DNA of 64,000 nucleotides from contig CAWHTE010000001.1 of the NCBI GenBank assembly GCA_963832165.1, positions 83,855 to 147,854 on the forward strand, given 5' to 3'. Shown in pieces: positions 19,213-28,556 of the stretch (position 1 is the first letter of the stretch; each line of letters starts with the position of its first letter). The stretch is from an uncultured delta proteobacterium (GTDB lineage Bacteria > Myxococcota_A > UBA9160 > SMWR01). A program made the translations under genes and the position numbers. The notes under the pieces are model-generated. The model ran no database searches and was not told where the DNA came from. It saw only the letters and a list, made by a program, of their open reading frames with translations.

Positions 19213-20628
19213 CTACCGCTGCACCTTCCCGGTCGTCGTGCGTGCGAGCGAGTCGACGATCCGGAACTCGCGCGGAACCTTGTAGGCGGGCAGTGCAGCG
19301 CGGCACGCGGCGATCAGCGCCGCGCGCGCGGGCGCGCGCTCGGGATCCTCGGCGACGATCTCGGCGACCGGAATCTCGCCGAGCCGCTCGTGCTCGCGCG
19401 AGAACACGCGGCACTCGCGCACGCCCGGAACGGCCGCGATCACGTCCTCCACCTCTTCGCAGAAGAACTTCATGCCGGCCATGTTGATCCGGTTGTGGCG
19501 CCGGCCCGCGAGGAAGAGCGTGCCGTCGGCGTCGAAGAAGCCCTGATCGCCGGTGCGGAAGCCGTCGGGCTCGAGCAGCCGCGCCGACGGCGTCCACGGC
19601 GAGAGATAGGCGTCGAACAGGCCCGGCCCGCGGATGCAGATCTCGCCCGTGCGCTCGGGAGAGCCGGGGCCGAGGATCGGCTTCCCTTCGTCGTCGCGCA
19701 GCCACACGTCGTAGGCGGGCAGCGGACGGCCTAGCGCGGTCGGCTTGCTCTCGGACTCGGAGCTGTTGAGCACGGGCAGCCCGACCTCGATGATGCCGAG
19801 CGCCTGGGCCAGTGCGAGGCCGAAGCGCGCGCGGAAGCCCGCGGCGATCTCCGCGCGCAGACCCTCGGCCGTGGAGATCGCGAGGCGCACGTCGAGCCCG
19901 ATCTCCGACGCATCCTTCGCGAGCAGCGAGTAGTGGAACGGCGACGCGTACGAGAGCGTCGCGCGCTCGCGCTGCGCGAACTCGAGTACGGGCCGCGCGA
20001 GCGAGCTCGCGGGCAAGAGGATCGTCGCCCCGAAGCGCAGGTAGAGCAGGATCGACACCACGAAGTGGTGGGCCATCGGCAGGAGCCACAGGATCCGGTC
20101 GTCGGGACCGATCGCGAGCGCCTGGTTCGCGGCGATCAGCCGCTCCGCGATCCGCGCGTGCGACAGCACCACTCCCTTGCGCTCGCTCGTGGTGCCCGAG
20201 GTGAAGCGCAGATACGCCGGGTCGAGTGCGCGGAACTCCCGCTCTTCGCGCAGCGCGCCGGGCCACGGCCGACACGTGAATCCGTCGTCCTCCGCGACGA
20301 GGCGCTGGAGCTGCGCCGCGTCGGCGAATCGATCGCGCGCGGCGCCGGCCGCGTCGTCGGGGATCGGCACGAGACAGCCACCCGCGGCCAGGATCGCGAG
20401 CGCGTGCTCGATGAAGCCCTCGCCCTGCCGCGCGACGAGACCGCAGCGCTCGCCGCGCGCGAGGCCCGCGGCGCGCAGCCGCGCTGCACCCGCGTCGAAG
20501 CGCGCGACCAGCTCGGCGTAGGAGGTCACCTGCGTCGCCCCCCCGTGATCCGCGCACAGCGCAGGGTGATCCGGGTGCGCGCGTGCGTGGGCGCGGATCG
20601 CGTCGATCGGGGCGGCGGGCGGGCTCAC
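19213..20628 (-). CDS. AMP-dependent acyl-CoA/acyl-ACP synthetase (adenylate-forming enzyme)
   Basis: The start is GTG 20628 (GTGA overlap with the upstream stop at 20625). Motifs FTSGTTSERKG, GDQGFFDADGTLFLAGRRHNRINMAGMKF and TTGKVQR are present. The remaining N-terminal part of ORF 19213..21255 is shadow sequence. Confidence 0.85.
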   Translation of the reverse strand: MSPPAAPIDAIRAHARAHPDHPALCADHGGATQVTSYAELVARFDAGAARLRAAGLARGERCGLVARQGEGFIEHALAILAAGGCLVPIPDDAAGAARDRFADAAQLQRLVAEDDGFTCRPWPGALREEREFRALDPAYLRFTSGTTSERKGVVLSHARIAERLIAANQALAIGPDDRILWLLPMAHHFVVSILLYLRFGATILLPASSLARPVLEFAQRERATLSYASPFHYSLLAKDASEIGLDVRLAISTAEGLRAEIAAGFRARFGLALAQALGIIEVGLPVLNSSESESKPTALGRPLPAYDVWLRDDEGKPILGPGSPERTGEICIRGPGLFDAYLSPWTPSARLLEPDGFRTGDQGFFDADGTLFLAGRRHNRINMAGMKFFCEEVEDVIAAVPGVRECRVFSREHERLGEIPVAEIVAEDPERAPARAALIAACRAALPAYKVPREFRIVDSLARTTTGKVQR

Positions 20629-21923
20629 GGAAGCGGATAGCCGTCGGCCTGGGCCAGGATCCGCTCGCGCACGTGCTCGGGATCCACCGACGCGAGCTGG
20701 GTGTTCTCGCGCGCGGCGAGCGCGGCGGCGATGCCGATCGCCTCGCCCGTGGCGAGCGCCGTGCCGATCACGCGCAGCGCCCCGAGCGCCTCGTGAGTGG
20801 CGGACAAACAGCGACCCGCCATCCCCAGCATCGGGGCGCTCTTCGAGACGAGCGCGCCGAGCGGCACCGAGCACGGACCCTGTGGATACTCGTAACGCGG
20901 GCGGCGGTGATCTTCCCAGAGCTCGATCGGCCACGAGGACAGCGCGACCTCTTCGCGAAAGCGCCGGCCCTCGAGCACGTCCTCGCGCGACAGCTCGATG
21001 CGTCCGATCGCGCGGCGCGTCTCGCGGATCCCGACGCGCGCGGGCCAGTCGGCGACGCGCGCGGCGGCGAACCCGGGCCGCGACGTGCGCAGGAACCCCA
21101 CCACCTGCCGCGCCCAGTCGTACGCGCGCACGCGCAGCGCGGCGAGATAGTCGGGATCGAGCGGCTCGAACGGCCGGCCTGCGAGCGGCGGAATCGTGAG
21201 CGTCGCGTAGAGCGAGCCGGGACGGACGTCGCCGCGCACCACGAGCGACTCGCATTCGGGCGGGAGCCCGCCGCTACGAGCTGCGTGCGCCACCGACGAC
21301 GACAGGCGCAGCCGCTCGAAACCTGCGAACGCCTCGCCCACCACGCCCTCGAGCCGGAAGATGAACGACGGGCGCTGCAGGATCCTGCCCTCGGCCATCG
21401 CGGTTTCGGCGCCGCCGAGCGATGCCGCGGCCGCTTCGCCGCTCGTGTCGATCACCACGCGCGCCTCGAGCGCGTCGGTGCCCGAGGGCCCGCGCAGCGA
21501 GAGCTGCGACGCGCGCCGCGAGCTCTGCGCGAGCTCGGCGCCGACCAGTGCCGTGCGCGTGCGCACGATCAGGCCCGGCGTCTTTGCGCACGTCTGCGCG
21601 GCGAGCTCCGCGAACACGGGCGGGCGGATCGGCAGATAGCGCACGCGTCCCGCGACCTCGGGGTCGCCGGCACCGCCCGCGCGCGCGAGCGCCTCGGCAA
21701 AGCGCGAGGGCAGGCCGGGATGGATGAGCTGCGGATAGTCGGTGTCCTGGAGGTAGAGGCCGCAGATCGTGTGTACGAGCGCGTGGGTAGCGTTGCCGCC
21801 CAGCGCGGGATCGCGCTCGACGAGCACCGTCGCCGCGCCCGACGCGGAAGCCGCGAGCGCCGCGGCGATGCCGGCGGGCCCGCCGCCCACCACGGCCACA
21901 TCGCAGTGTGCTGCGCCCGTCAA
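20625..21923 (-). CDS. FAD-dependent oxidoreductase (FAD_oxidored type)
   Basis: The start is TTG 21923 (TTGA overlap with the upstream stop at 21920). The dinucleotide-binding motif VAVVGGGPAGIAAALAAS is present, and the C-terminal part carries RVIGTALATGEAIG. Confidence 0.75.
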   Translation of the reverse strand: MTGAAHCDVAVVGGGPAGIAAALAASASGAATVLVERDPALGGNATHALVHTICGLYLQDTDYPQLIHPGLPSRFAEALARAGGAGDPEVAGRVRYLPIRPPVFAELAAQTCAKTPGLIVRTRTALVGAELAQSSRRASQLSLRGPSGTDALEARVVIDTSGEAAAASLGGAETAMAEGRILQRPSFIFRLEGVVGEAFAGFERLRLSSSVAHAARSGGLPPECESLVVRGDVRPGSLYATLTIPPLAGRPFEPLDPDYLAALRVRAYDWARQVVGFLRTSRPGFAAARVADWPARVGIRETRRAIGRIELSREDVLEGRRFREEVALSSWPIELWEDHRRPRYEYPQGPCSVPLGALVSKSAPMLGMAGRCLSATHEALGALRVIGTALATGEAIGIAAALAARENTQLASVDPEHVRERILAQADGYPLP

Positions 21924-23278
21924 CCGAGCAGATCCGCTGCGAGCTGATCGCGAAACACCTCGAGCTCGCCGGGTCGCCACGCATCGCGCTGACGCACATG
22001 CGTGTAGCCGACGCGGCCCGCGTGGAACGCGAGCACGAGCGCGCTGCCGGGCGACGCCGGAACCGAGGGCACGCCGAAGCCGTCTTCGATCGGAGCCCCG
22101 AAGAAGCTCTCGAGCCCGGGACAGAACTCGCCCGTGTATGCGAAGAAGAACGAGCACAGCTCGCCGCCGAGCGGGCGGCGCGCGAGGGTCCCGTACAAGC
22201 GGCTCGGCGCGAGACGCGCGAAGTCCATCGCCGCGACCCCGTTCTCGATCTGGCCGCTTCGGATCGCGCGCCGGCGCTGCTCCTTGAGCTCCCCGAGCAG
22301 CGCAGCGAGATCGTCGACGCACGGGGTCGGTACCTGGAACCAGAGCAGCGACACGCGCGTGCGGAAGATCGCGCCGTCGCTGCCCTTGGGCCGCAGATTC
22401 ACGGGCAGCGGCACGACGTAGCTCGCCGGCACCGTTCCGCGCCGGCGCATCACGGCGTGGTGTGCGCGGATCGCCGCGCCCAGATAGAAGATCATCGGCG
22501 TGAGGAAGCCCGCGAGCTCACGCGCGCGCTTCAGGATCTGCACGCTGTCGGCGCGGCTCATGTGATGGCGCGAAACCGTGAGGTCCTGGCGCGCGCCGTG
22601 TTCGGGTCCCGCCGGTGAGCACACGGGCAGGCGTCCGAGCCCGTTCATCCAGCGCTGCCACTCCATGGCCATGTTGCCGCGCTCGCTCGAGCGTTCGGGC
22701 AGCTCGACGTCGGGCGGCGCACCGGGCCGATCGGCCGCGGGCACCGCATCGGGTGCGCGCGTGCCCGCACCGCACTCGGCCAGGAACTCGACGAAACGCT
22801 CGCTGCCCCAGCCGTCGAAGAGCATGTGCAGCCACGTGAGTGCGAGATCGGTGTGGCCGTTCGCATAACGCACGGCGTCTGCGCGCAGGAGGCCCGCGCG
22901 GCCATCGGGGTGCAGCTCGTTCAGCCGCTCGGAAAAGAGCTCCGGGAGCACGGCGGGGGCATCCCAATCGCCCGGAGGCGCGCCGCGCGACTCGTGCAGC
23001 TCGAACGTGGGTCCGGCCGCGCGCGCGGCGAGATCGAGTCGATACTCGGCGAGTCCGACGACCGCACGGCGGCGGATCGGCGCTCGCAGGATCGGGTTCG
23101 CCTCCACCACCTCGCGCAGAACGCGCTCGAACGTGTCGGGCGCGAAGCCGGGACCGAGCCGGAGCACGATCTGGGACAGATGATTGGCGCGGTTCCGGCG
23201 CCGCGTCTCGGCGTCGAACGCGAGCAGGAAGGCGTCGGCCCCGGTCAACGGGAGCCGGTCATTCGCCGCGCGAAACAT
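21920..23278 (-). CDS. Condensation-domain / WS-DGAT-like acyltransferase
   Basis: The protein is 452 aa. The active-site-like motif WLHMLFDGWG matches the HHxxxDG class. It overlaps the upstream ACP stop by 20 nt. Confidence 0.7.
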   Translation of the reverse strand: MFRAANDRLPLTGADAFLLAFDAETRRRNRANHLSQIVLRLGPGFAPDTFERVLREVVEANPILRAPIRRRAVVGLAEYRLDLAARAAGPTFELHESRGAPPGDWDAPAVLPELFSERLNELHPDGRAGLLRADAVRYANGHTDLALTWLHMLFDGWGSERFVEFLAECGAGTRAPDAVPAADRPGAPPDVELPERSSERGNMAMEWQRWMNGLGRLPVCSPAGPEHGARQDLTVSRHHMSRADSVQILKRARELAGFLTPMIFYLGAAIRAHHAVMRRRGTVPASYVVPLPVNLRPKGSDGAIFRTRVSLLWFQVPTPCVDDLAALLGELKEQRRRAIRSGQIENGVAAMDFARLAPSRLYGTLARRPLGGELCSFFFAYTGEFCPGLESFFGAPIEDGFGVPSVPASPGSALVLAFHAGRVGYTHVRQRDAWRPGELEVFRDQLAADLLG

Positions 23279-23528
23279 ACTCGTGGATCGAGGCGGCCAG
23301 CGTCTCGGCCGTCTCCAGATTCTCCGGGGTGAGCAGGCTCTCGTCGGCCCAGACGCCGGTGGCCTCTTCGATCGCGAGCATGAGCTGGGTGACGGCGAGC
23401 GAGTCGAGCCCCGACTCGATCAGGTTCGATTTCGGCGTGAGATCGGGCGCCGACGCGAGCAGATCGTCGCGCAGGATCCGATGGATCAGATCCGTGAGCT
23501 TCTCGCGTGTCCAGCCGTTCACACTCAT
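23259..23528 (-). CDS. Acyl carrier protein (second ACP)
   Basis: This is the 89-aa C-terminal part of ORF 23259..24281, beginning MSVNGWTREKL. The phosphopantetheine site is SGLDSLAVTQL. Confidence 0.8.
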   Translation of the reverse strand: MSVNGWTREKLTDLIHRILRDDLLASAPDLTPKSNLIESGLDSLAVTQLMLAIEEATGVWADESLLTPENLETAETLAASIHEYVSRGE

Positions 23529-23624
23529 CCCGAAAGCAATGTAGGCGAGCGCTGGATCGGTTGCAGGGTGCAAGCGGCCGAAGGCCGCGCGCAGCGAGGC
23601 GAAGCCGAGCGAAGACCAGAAGGC

Positions 23625-24899
23625 GTGCACTATGCTGCCGTCGTGCCCCGACACGTGGCGATCCTGGGGGCGGGCCCTGCAGGCGCCTCGCTCGCGGCCT
23701 ATCTGGCGCGTCACCGCGCGCGCCGCGGCGGAGCTCCCGAGTTCGAGGTCACGCTCTTCGACGGCGGTACGCGGCCGCCGATCGTCGTCGGCGAATCGCT
23801 CGTGCCCGCGGTAGTGCCGTTCCTCCAGCGACTCGGGATCGAGGAGGAGGTGGCGTCCTACTCCACCTTGAAGCCGGGCGCGACCTTCCGCTTCGGCCTC
23901 GAAGACGTGCTCATGTTCCGCTTCAACGAGGTGCGCGGCGCGCGAACCACGTACTCCTACAACGTGCCGCGCGATCGCTTCGACGCGTCGATCCGCGGTG
24001 CCGCACTCGCAGCGGGGGCGCGCCTGGTAACGCAGAACGCGCGCGTCGAGCGCGACGGATCGGGCGAGCGCGTGCGGCTCGCGGACGCGAGCCTCGCGGC
24101 GGCCGGGCTCACGCGCCAGCCGGATTTCATCGTCGACGCAGGCGGCCGAAACCGGCAGCTCGCGCGGCTGCTCGATCTCCCGGTCGTGCAGGGCGACCGG
24201 CGCGACACCGCGCTGCACGCGCACCTCGAGGGCGTGACGCTGATCAATCCGGGCGACGTCCACACCGACCGGCTCGAGCACGGCTGGGCGTGGCGGATCC
24301 CGCTGCCGGGCCGCGTGTCCGTGGGTCTCGTGATGGACTCATCCGCGCTGCGCGAGTTCGGCTCCGACGTCGAGGAGCAGTACGACAACTACCTGCGCTA
24401 CGACCCGCTGCTCTCCGAGTGGGGCGTCACCGCGAAGCGCATCTCGCCCGTGATCAAGTACACGAACTACCAGCTGCGCCACACGCGCGGCCTCGGTCCG
24501 AACTGGGCGCTCGCCGGCGATGCGTTCGGCTTCATCGATCCGGTGTTCTCGAGCGGTCTCATGATCGCGCTCGACGGCGCGTTGCACCTCGCGCAGGCGC
24601 TGATCGCGAACAGCGAGCGCAAGCTGCGCCAGTTCGAGGTGCGCAACCTGCGCCAGCTCGAGAACTGGCAGCGCATCGTTTCCTACTTCTACAACGGGCG
24701 GCTCTTCACGCTGTTCAAGATCGGCGAGGAGATGAGCGAGCGCTGGCTCGGCCGGATGACCGACTTCCACTTCCGCCGCCACTTCCCGCGTGTCGTCACG
24801 GGCGAGGCCACCACCCACGCCTACAGCATGGGTCTGCTCGACTTCATGGTGAAATACGCGCTCTGGGACCTCGATCCCAGCGAGCGCGCGGTGCGTTAG
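23625..24899 (+). CDS. Flavin-dependent halogenase-like FAD monooxygenase (third paralogue)
   Basis: GTG 23625 (or 23643/23655) is in frame in ORF 23184..24899. Motifs VAILGAGPAGAS, VVGESLVP, HGWAWRIPL (WxWxIP) and FIDPVFSSGL are present. It is divergent from the ACP operon. Confidence 0.85.
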   Translation: MHYAAVVPRHVAILGAGPAGASLAAYLARHRARRGGAPEFEVTLFDGGTRPPIVVGESLVPAVVPFLQRLGIEEEVASYSTLKPGATFRFGLEDVLMFRFNEVRGARTTYSYNVPRDRFDASIRGAALAAGARLVTQNARVERDGSGERVRLADASLAAAGLTRQPDFIVDAGGRNRQLARLLDLPVVQGDRRDTALHAHLEGVTLINPGDVHTDRLEHGWAWRIPLPGRVSVGLVMDSSALREFGSDVEEQYDNYLRYDPLLSEWGVTAKRISPVIKYTNYQLRHTRGLGPNWALAGDAFGFIDPVFSSGLMIALDGALHLAQALIANSERKLRQFEVRNLRQLENWQRIVSYFYNGRLFTLFKIGEEMSERWLGRMTDFHFRRHFPRVVTGEATTHAYSMGLLDFMVKYALWDLDPSERAVR

Positions 24900-24906
24900 G
24901 CAAGCG

Positions 24907-26430
24907 ATGAGATTCCACGAGGAGGCCGCGCGCGACCGCTACGACGTGGTCGTGATCGGCAGCGGGCTCGGCGGCCTCACGAGCGCCGCGCTGCTCGCGC
25001 GCGCGGGCAAGAGCGTGCTGATCGTCGAACGCCACGACCGCGCGGGCGGCTATGCGCACGCGTTCCGGCGCCGCGGCTACCGCTTCGACTCCGCGGTGCA
25101 CCTCGTCTCGGGCTGCGAGCCGGTGCCGTTCGAGGGCGGCGGCGTGCTGCACGACCTGCTCAGCACGCTCGGCGTGCGCGACCGCTGCGAGTTCGTGCGC
25201 GTCGACCCGTGCTACCGCGTCGAGTGGCCCGGCATGACGCTCGACGCGCCTTGCGAGCTCGAGCGCTTCGTCGAAGCGCACGCCGAGCGCTTCCCGCGCG
25301 AGGAGAAGGGGATCCGCGGCTTCCTCGAGGACTGTCTCACGATCCGCGGCGAGGCGAGCCGCGCCGAGGAGCAGGCCGGCTCGGGCCCGCTCGCGCGTCC
25401 CGAGCGCTATCCACTGCTCCTGCGCTATCGGCGCGCCACGCTCGCGCAGGCGCTCGAGGCGCGCGTCGAAGATCCCGCCGCGCGCGCGGCGCTCGCCGCG
25501 CTGTGGCCCTACCTCGGGCTGCCGCCCTCGCGCGTATCGTTCCTCTACTTCGCGACCATGCTCACGAGCTACGTCGCCGACGGCGCCTACTACTGCCGCG
25601 GATCGTTCCAGGCGTTTGCCGACGCGCTCGTGGCCGCCGCGGTCGGCGCGGGCGGCGAGCTCTTGTTGCGCGCACCCGTGCGGCGGATCCTCGTGGAGCA
25701 GGGCCGCGCGGTGGGCGTGCTGCTCGAGAACGGACAGCACGTGCGCGCTCCGTGCGTGATCTCGAACGCCGACGCGCGCCAGACGATCGACGAGCTGTGC
25801 GGCGCGGAGCACTTCCCCGCGCGCTACGTCGCGCGCCTGCACTCGGCGCAGCGCTCGATCTCCGCGTTCGTCGTGTACGCGGCGACCTCGCTCGATCTCG
25901 CCGCGGCCGACCTCGCGCACGAGACGTTCGTGTACCGGAGCCCGGACCACGAGGCCGCGCACGCGAGCGGCGTCACGGGCGAGCCGAGCTGGTTCTCGCT
26001 CACGGTGCCGACGCTGGTCGATCCCTCGCTCGCGCCGCCCGGACAGCACCTGCTCGTGCTCACGACGCTCGTCGGCGCGCAGCAGGGCGTGCCGTGGCGC
26101 GACCTCAAGGCGGCGCGCACCGAGGCGCTGCTGCGCCGCGCCGAGCGGCGGCTGCCGGGGCTGCGCGCGTCGCTGCGGCTCGCGGAGGCGGCCACGCCGC
26201 GCACGATGGAGCGCTACACGCGCAACAGCGACGGCGCGATCTACGGCTTCGACGTCACGCCCGCACAGGTCGGGCCGGGCCGGCTCGACAACCGCACGCC
26301 GCTTCCGGGCCTCTATCTCGCCGGCCACTGGACGCGCCCGGGCGGCGGCGTCGCGGGCGTCGTGCGCTCGGGACTTCGCACGGCGGGGCTCGTGCTCGGC
26401 GGGGAATCGAGCCCGTACGCGGCCCCGTAG
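24907..26430 (+). CDS. Phytoene desaturase (CrtI)-family NAD(P)/FAD-dependent oxidoreductase
   Basis: The N-terminal part is DVVVIGSGLGGLTSAALLARAG...ERHDRAGGYA. The C-terminal part is LYLAGHWTRPGGGVAG. Confidence 0.85.
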   Translation: MRFHEEAARDRYDVVVIGSGLGGLTSAALLARAGKSVLIVERHDRAGGYAHAFRRRGYRFDSAVHLVSGCEPVPFEGGGVLHDLLSTLGVRDRCEFVRVDPCYRVEWPGMTLDAPCELERFVEAHAERFPREEKGIRGFLEDCLTIRGEASRAEEQAGSGPLARPERYPLLLRYRRATLAQALEARVEDPAARAALAALWPYLGLPPSRVSFLYFATMLTSYVADGAYYCRGSFQAFADALVAAAVGAGGELLLRAPVRRILVEQGRAVGVLLENGQHVRAPCVISNADARQTIDELCGAEHFPARYVARLHSAQRSISAFVVYAATSLDLAAADLAHETFVYRSPDHEAAHASGVTGEPSWFSLTVPTLVDPSLAPPGQHLLVLTTLVGAQQGVPWRDLKAARTEALLRRAERRLPGLRASLRLAEAATPRTMERYTRNSDGAIYGFDVTPAQVGPGRLDNRTPLPGLYLAGHWTRPGGGVAGVVRSGLRTAGLVLGGESSPYAAP

Positions 26431-26532
26431 CCGCGGGTTTCCCGCTATTGCCGCAATGAGATACGCTGCGCCCCGGTCGGCGCGCCCGCGGCGCCGGAAC
26501 CAACGAACGATCAACCCTGGGGGAGGGAAGAG

Positions 26533-26982
26533 ATGATGGTGATCCGACTTTCGAACACGCTTGCCGCCGGTCTCGCCGCAATGGGACTCGTGCTGGGCTC
26601 GGGCGCGCTGCTCTCCGGCTGCAAGTCGAGCGAGGCTGGTGCGCCGGCACAAGCGACGCCCGCCGCCGAGAAGCCGGCTGCGCCCGCGAAGGCCGAGCCC
26701 TCGAAGGCCACGACGGCGCCGGCACCCTCGGGCAGCCCGCTCTCGAAGGTCGCCACGAACATGTCGCCCGAGCAGGTGCAGGAGGTCATGGGATCGCCGA
26801 CCGGTCAGGCGAGCTACCCCACGGGCAAGACTTTCAATCCCTACAACTTCGGGAACGACAGCGGCAACCGCGTCGAGTACAAATACAAGGGTGAGGGCCG
26901 CGTCGTCTTCGCCGTTCCGAAGTGGGGAGGCAACATGAAGGTGGTGCGCGTCGATTACGACCCGGCTGAAGACGGCAACTGA
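26533..26982 (+). CDS. Lipoprotein with SmpA/OmlA (BamE-like) domain
   Basis: A strong SD (GGGGGAGGGAAGAG) is present. The lipobox is LLSGC. A Pro/Ala linker is followed by MSPEQVQEVMGSP...YKYKGEGRVVF. Confidence 0.75.
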   Translation: MMVIRLSNTLAAGLAAMGLVLGSGALLSGCKSSEAGAPAQATPAAEKPAAPAKAEPSKATTAPAPSGSPLSKVATNMSPEQVQEVMGSPTGQASYPTGKTFNPYNFGNDSGNRVEYKYKGEGRVVFAVPKWGGNMKVVRVDYDPAEDGN

Positions 26983-27002
26983 GCTTCGGCGCCCCCCCGC
27001 CG

Positions 27003-28554
27003 ATGACGGCCCAGCCCACCCCCGGCTTCGGGGAAGATGCGTCCCGGGAGGTGATCCCGATCGGGTTCGCGTCGCTCTCCGCGGCCGACGTCGTGGCGAT
27101 CGCGCGCGACGGTGCACGCCTCGAGCTCGAGCGCGATCCGGCCTATCGCGCGCGGCTCGAGGCCGGGCGCGTCGCGCTCGAAGCGGCGCTGCGCAAAGGG
27201 GTCGCGGTCTACGGCGTGACGACGGGCGTCGGCGCTTCGCAGGGCCGCGAGGTGCCCGAGTCGGAGCGCAAGCTCGTCACGCAGAACCTGCTGCGCTTCC
27301 ACGGCTGCGGCACGGGCCGCATCCTCGACCGAGAGGAATCGGCCGCGGTCGTGGTGGCGCGGCTGGTGTCGCTCGCGCGCGGCTATTCGGGCGTGCGGCC
27401 CGTCGTGCTCGAGCGCCTGGTCGAGCTCGTGAATCGCCGCATCCTGCCGCGGATCCCCGAAGAGGGGTCGGTCGGCGCGAGCGGCGATCTCACGCCGCTC
27501 TCCTACGTCGCGGCGCTGCTCGTCGGCGAGCGCGAGGCGCTCGTGGGCGGGGAAGTCGTGGACGCCGTCGGATGCGCTCGCGCGCGCGGGGCTCGAGCCG
27601 CTCGAGCTCGAGCCCAAGGAGAGCCTCGCGCTCATGAACGGCACGAGCGTGATGACCGCGCTCGCGTGCCTCTCCGTGGAGCGCGCGGCGCGCCTCGCGC
27701 GCTGGGCGTGCTCGATCACCGCGATGACGGTGCGCGCGATCGCGGGCAACCCGCGCCACTTCGAGCGCGCGATCTTCGAGCTCAAGCCGCACCCGGGCAC
27801 GCGGCGCGCGGCCGAGTGGATCCGCGAGGACCTCGAGCCGATCGCAGGGCTGCGCCCCGTTCGGCTGCAGGACGTCTACTCGGTGCGCTGCGCGCCGCAC
27901 GTGATCGGGGTGCTGCTCGATGCGCTCGCGTTCGCGCGGCAGGTGGTCGAGATCGAGCTCAACAGCGTGAACGACAACCCGATCGTCGATCCCGACACGG
28001 GCGCGGTGCTCCACGGCGGAAACTTCTACGGCGGTCACGTCGCGTTCGCGATGGACGGGCTCAAGAGCGCGGTGGCGAGCGTCGCCGATCTGCTCGATCG
28101 CCAGATGCAGCTCTTGTGCGCTCCGTCGACGAGTGGCGGGCTGCCCGAGAATCTGTCGCCGAACGGCGGCGGCAATCACGGCTTCAAGGCGATGGGCATC
28201 TCCACCTCGGCGCTCACGGCCGAGGCGCTCAAGCTCACGATGCCCGCGGCATCGTTCTCGCGCAGCACCGAATCGAACAACCAGGACAAGGTCAGCATGG
28301 GCACGATCGCCGCGCGCGACTGCCGGCGGATCCTCGAGCTCTCCGAGACGGTGGCCGCGATCGTGTTGCTCGCCGACTGCCAGGGGCTCGAGCTGCGCGG
28401 CGACGCGGGCGGCGGGCGCACGCGCGAGCTGCGCGAGCTGGTGCGCCGCTCCGTGCCCGCGCTCGCGGCCGATCGCCGCCAGGACCACGACATCGAGAGC
28501 GTGCTCGCGCGCTACCGCGCGGGAGAGCTGCGCATCGACGCGTCGCTGGTATAG
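27003..28554 (+). pseudogene. MIO-dependent aromatic amino acid ammonia-lyase (HAL/TAL/PAL family); frame switch near 27564-27571 as assembled
   Basis: The MIO triad is present in GSVGASGDLTPLSY, in the frame of ORF 27003..29009. The continuation SDALARAGLEPLELEPKESLALMNGTSVM...NDNPIVD...NQDKVSMG lies in the frame of ORF 27634..28554. Confidence 0.8.
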
Positions 28555-28556
28555 GG

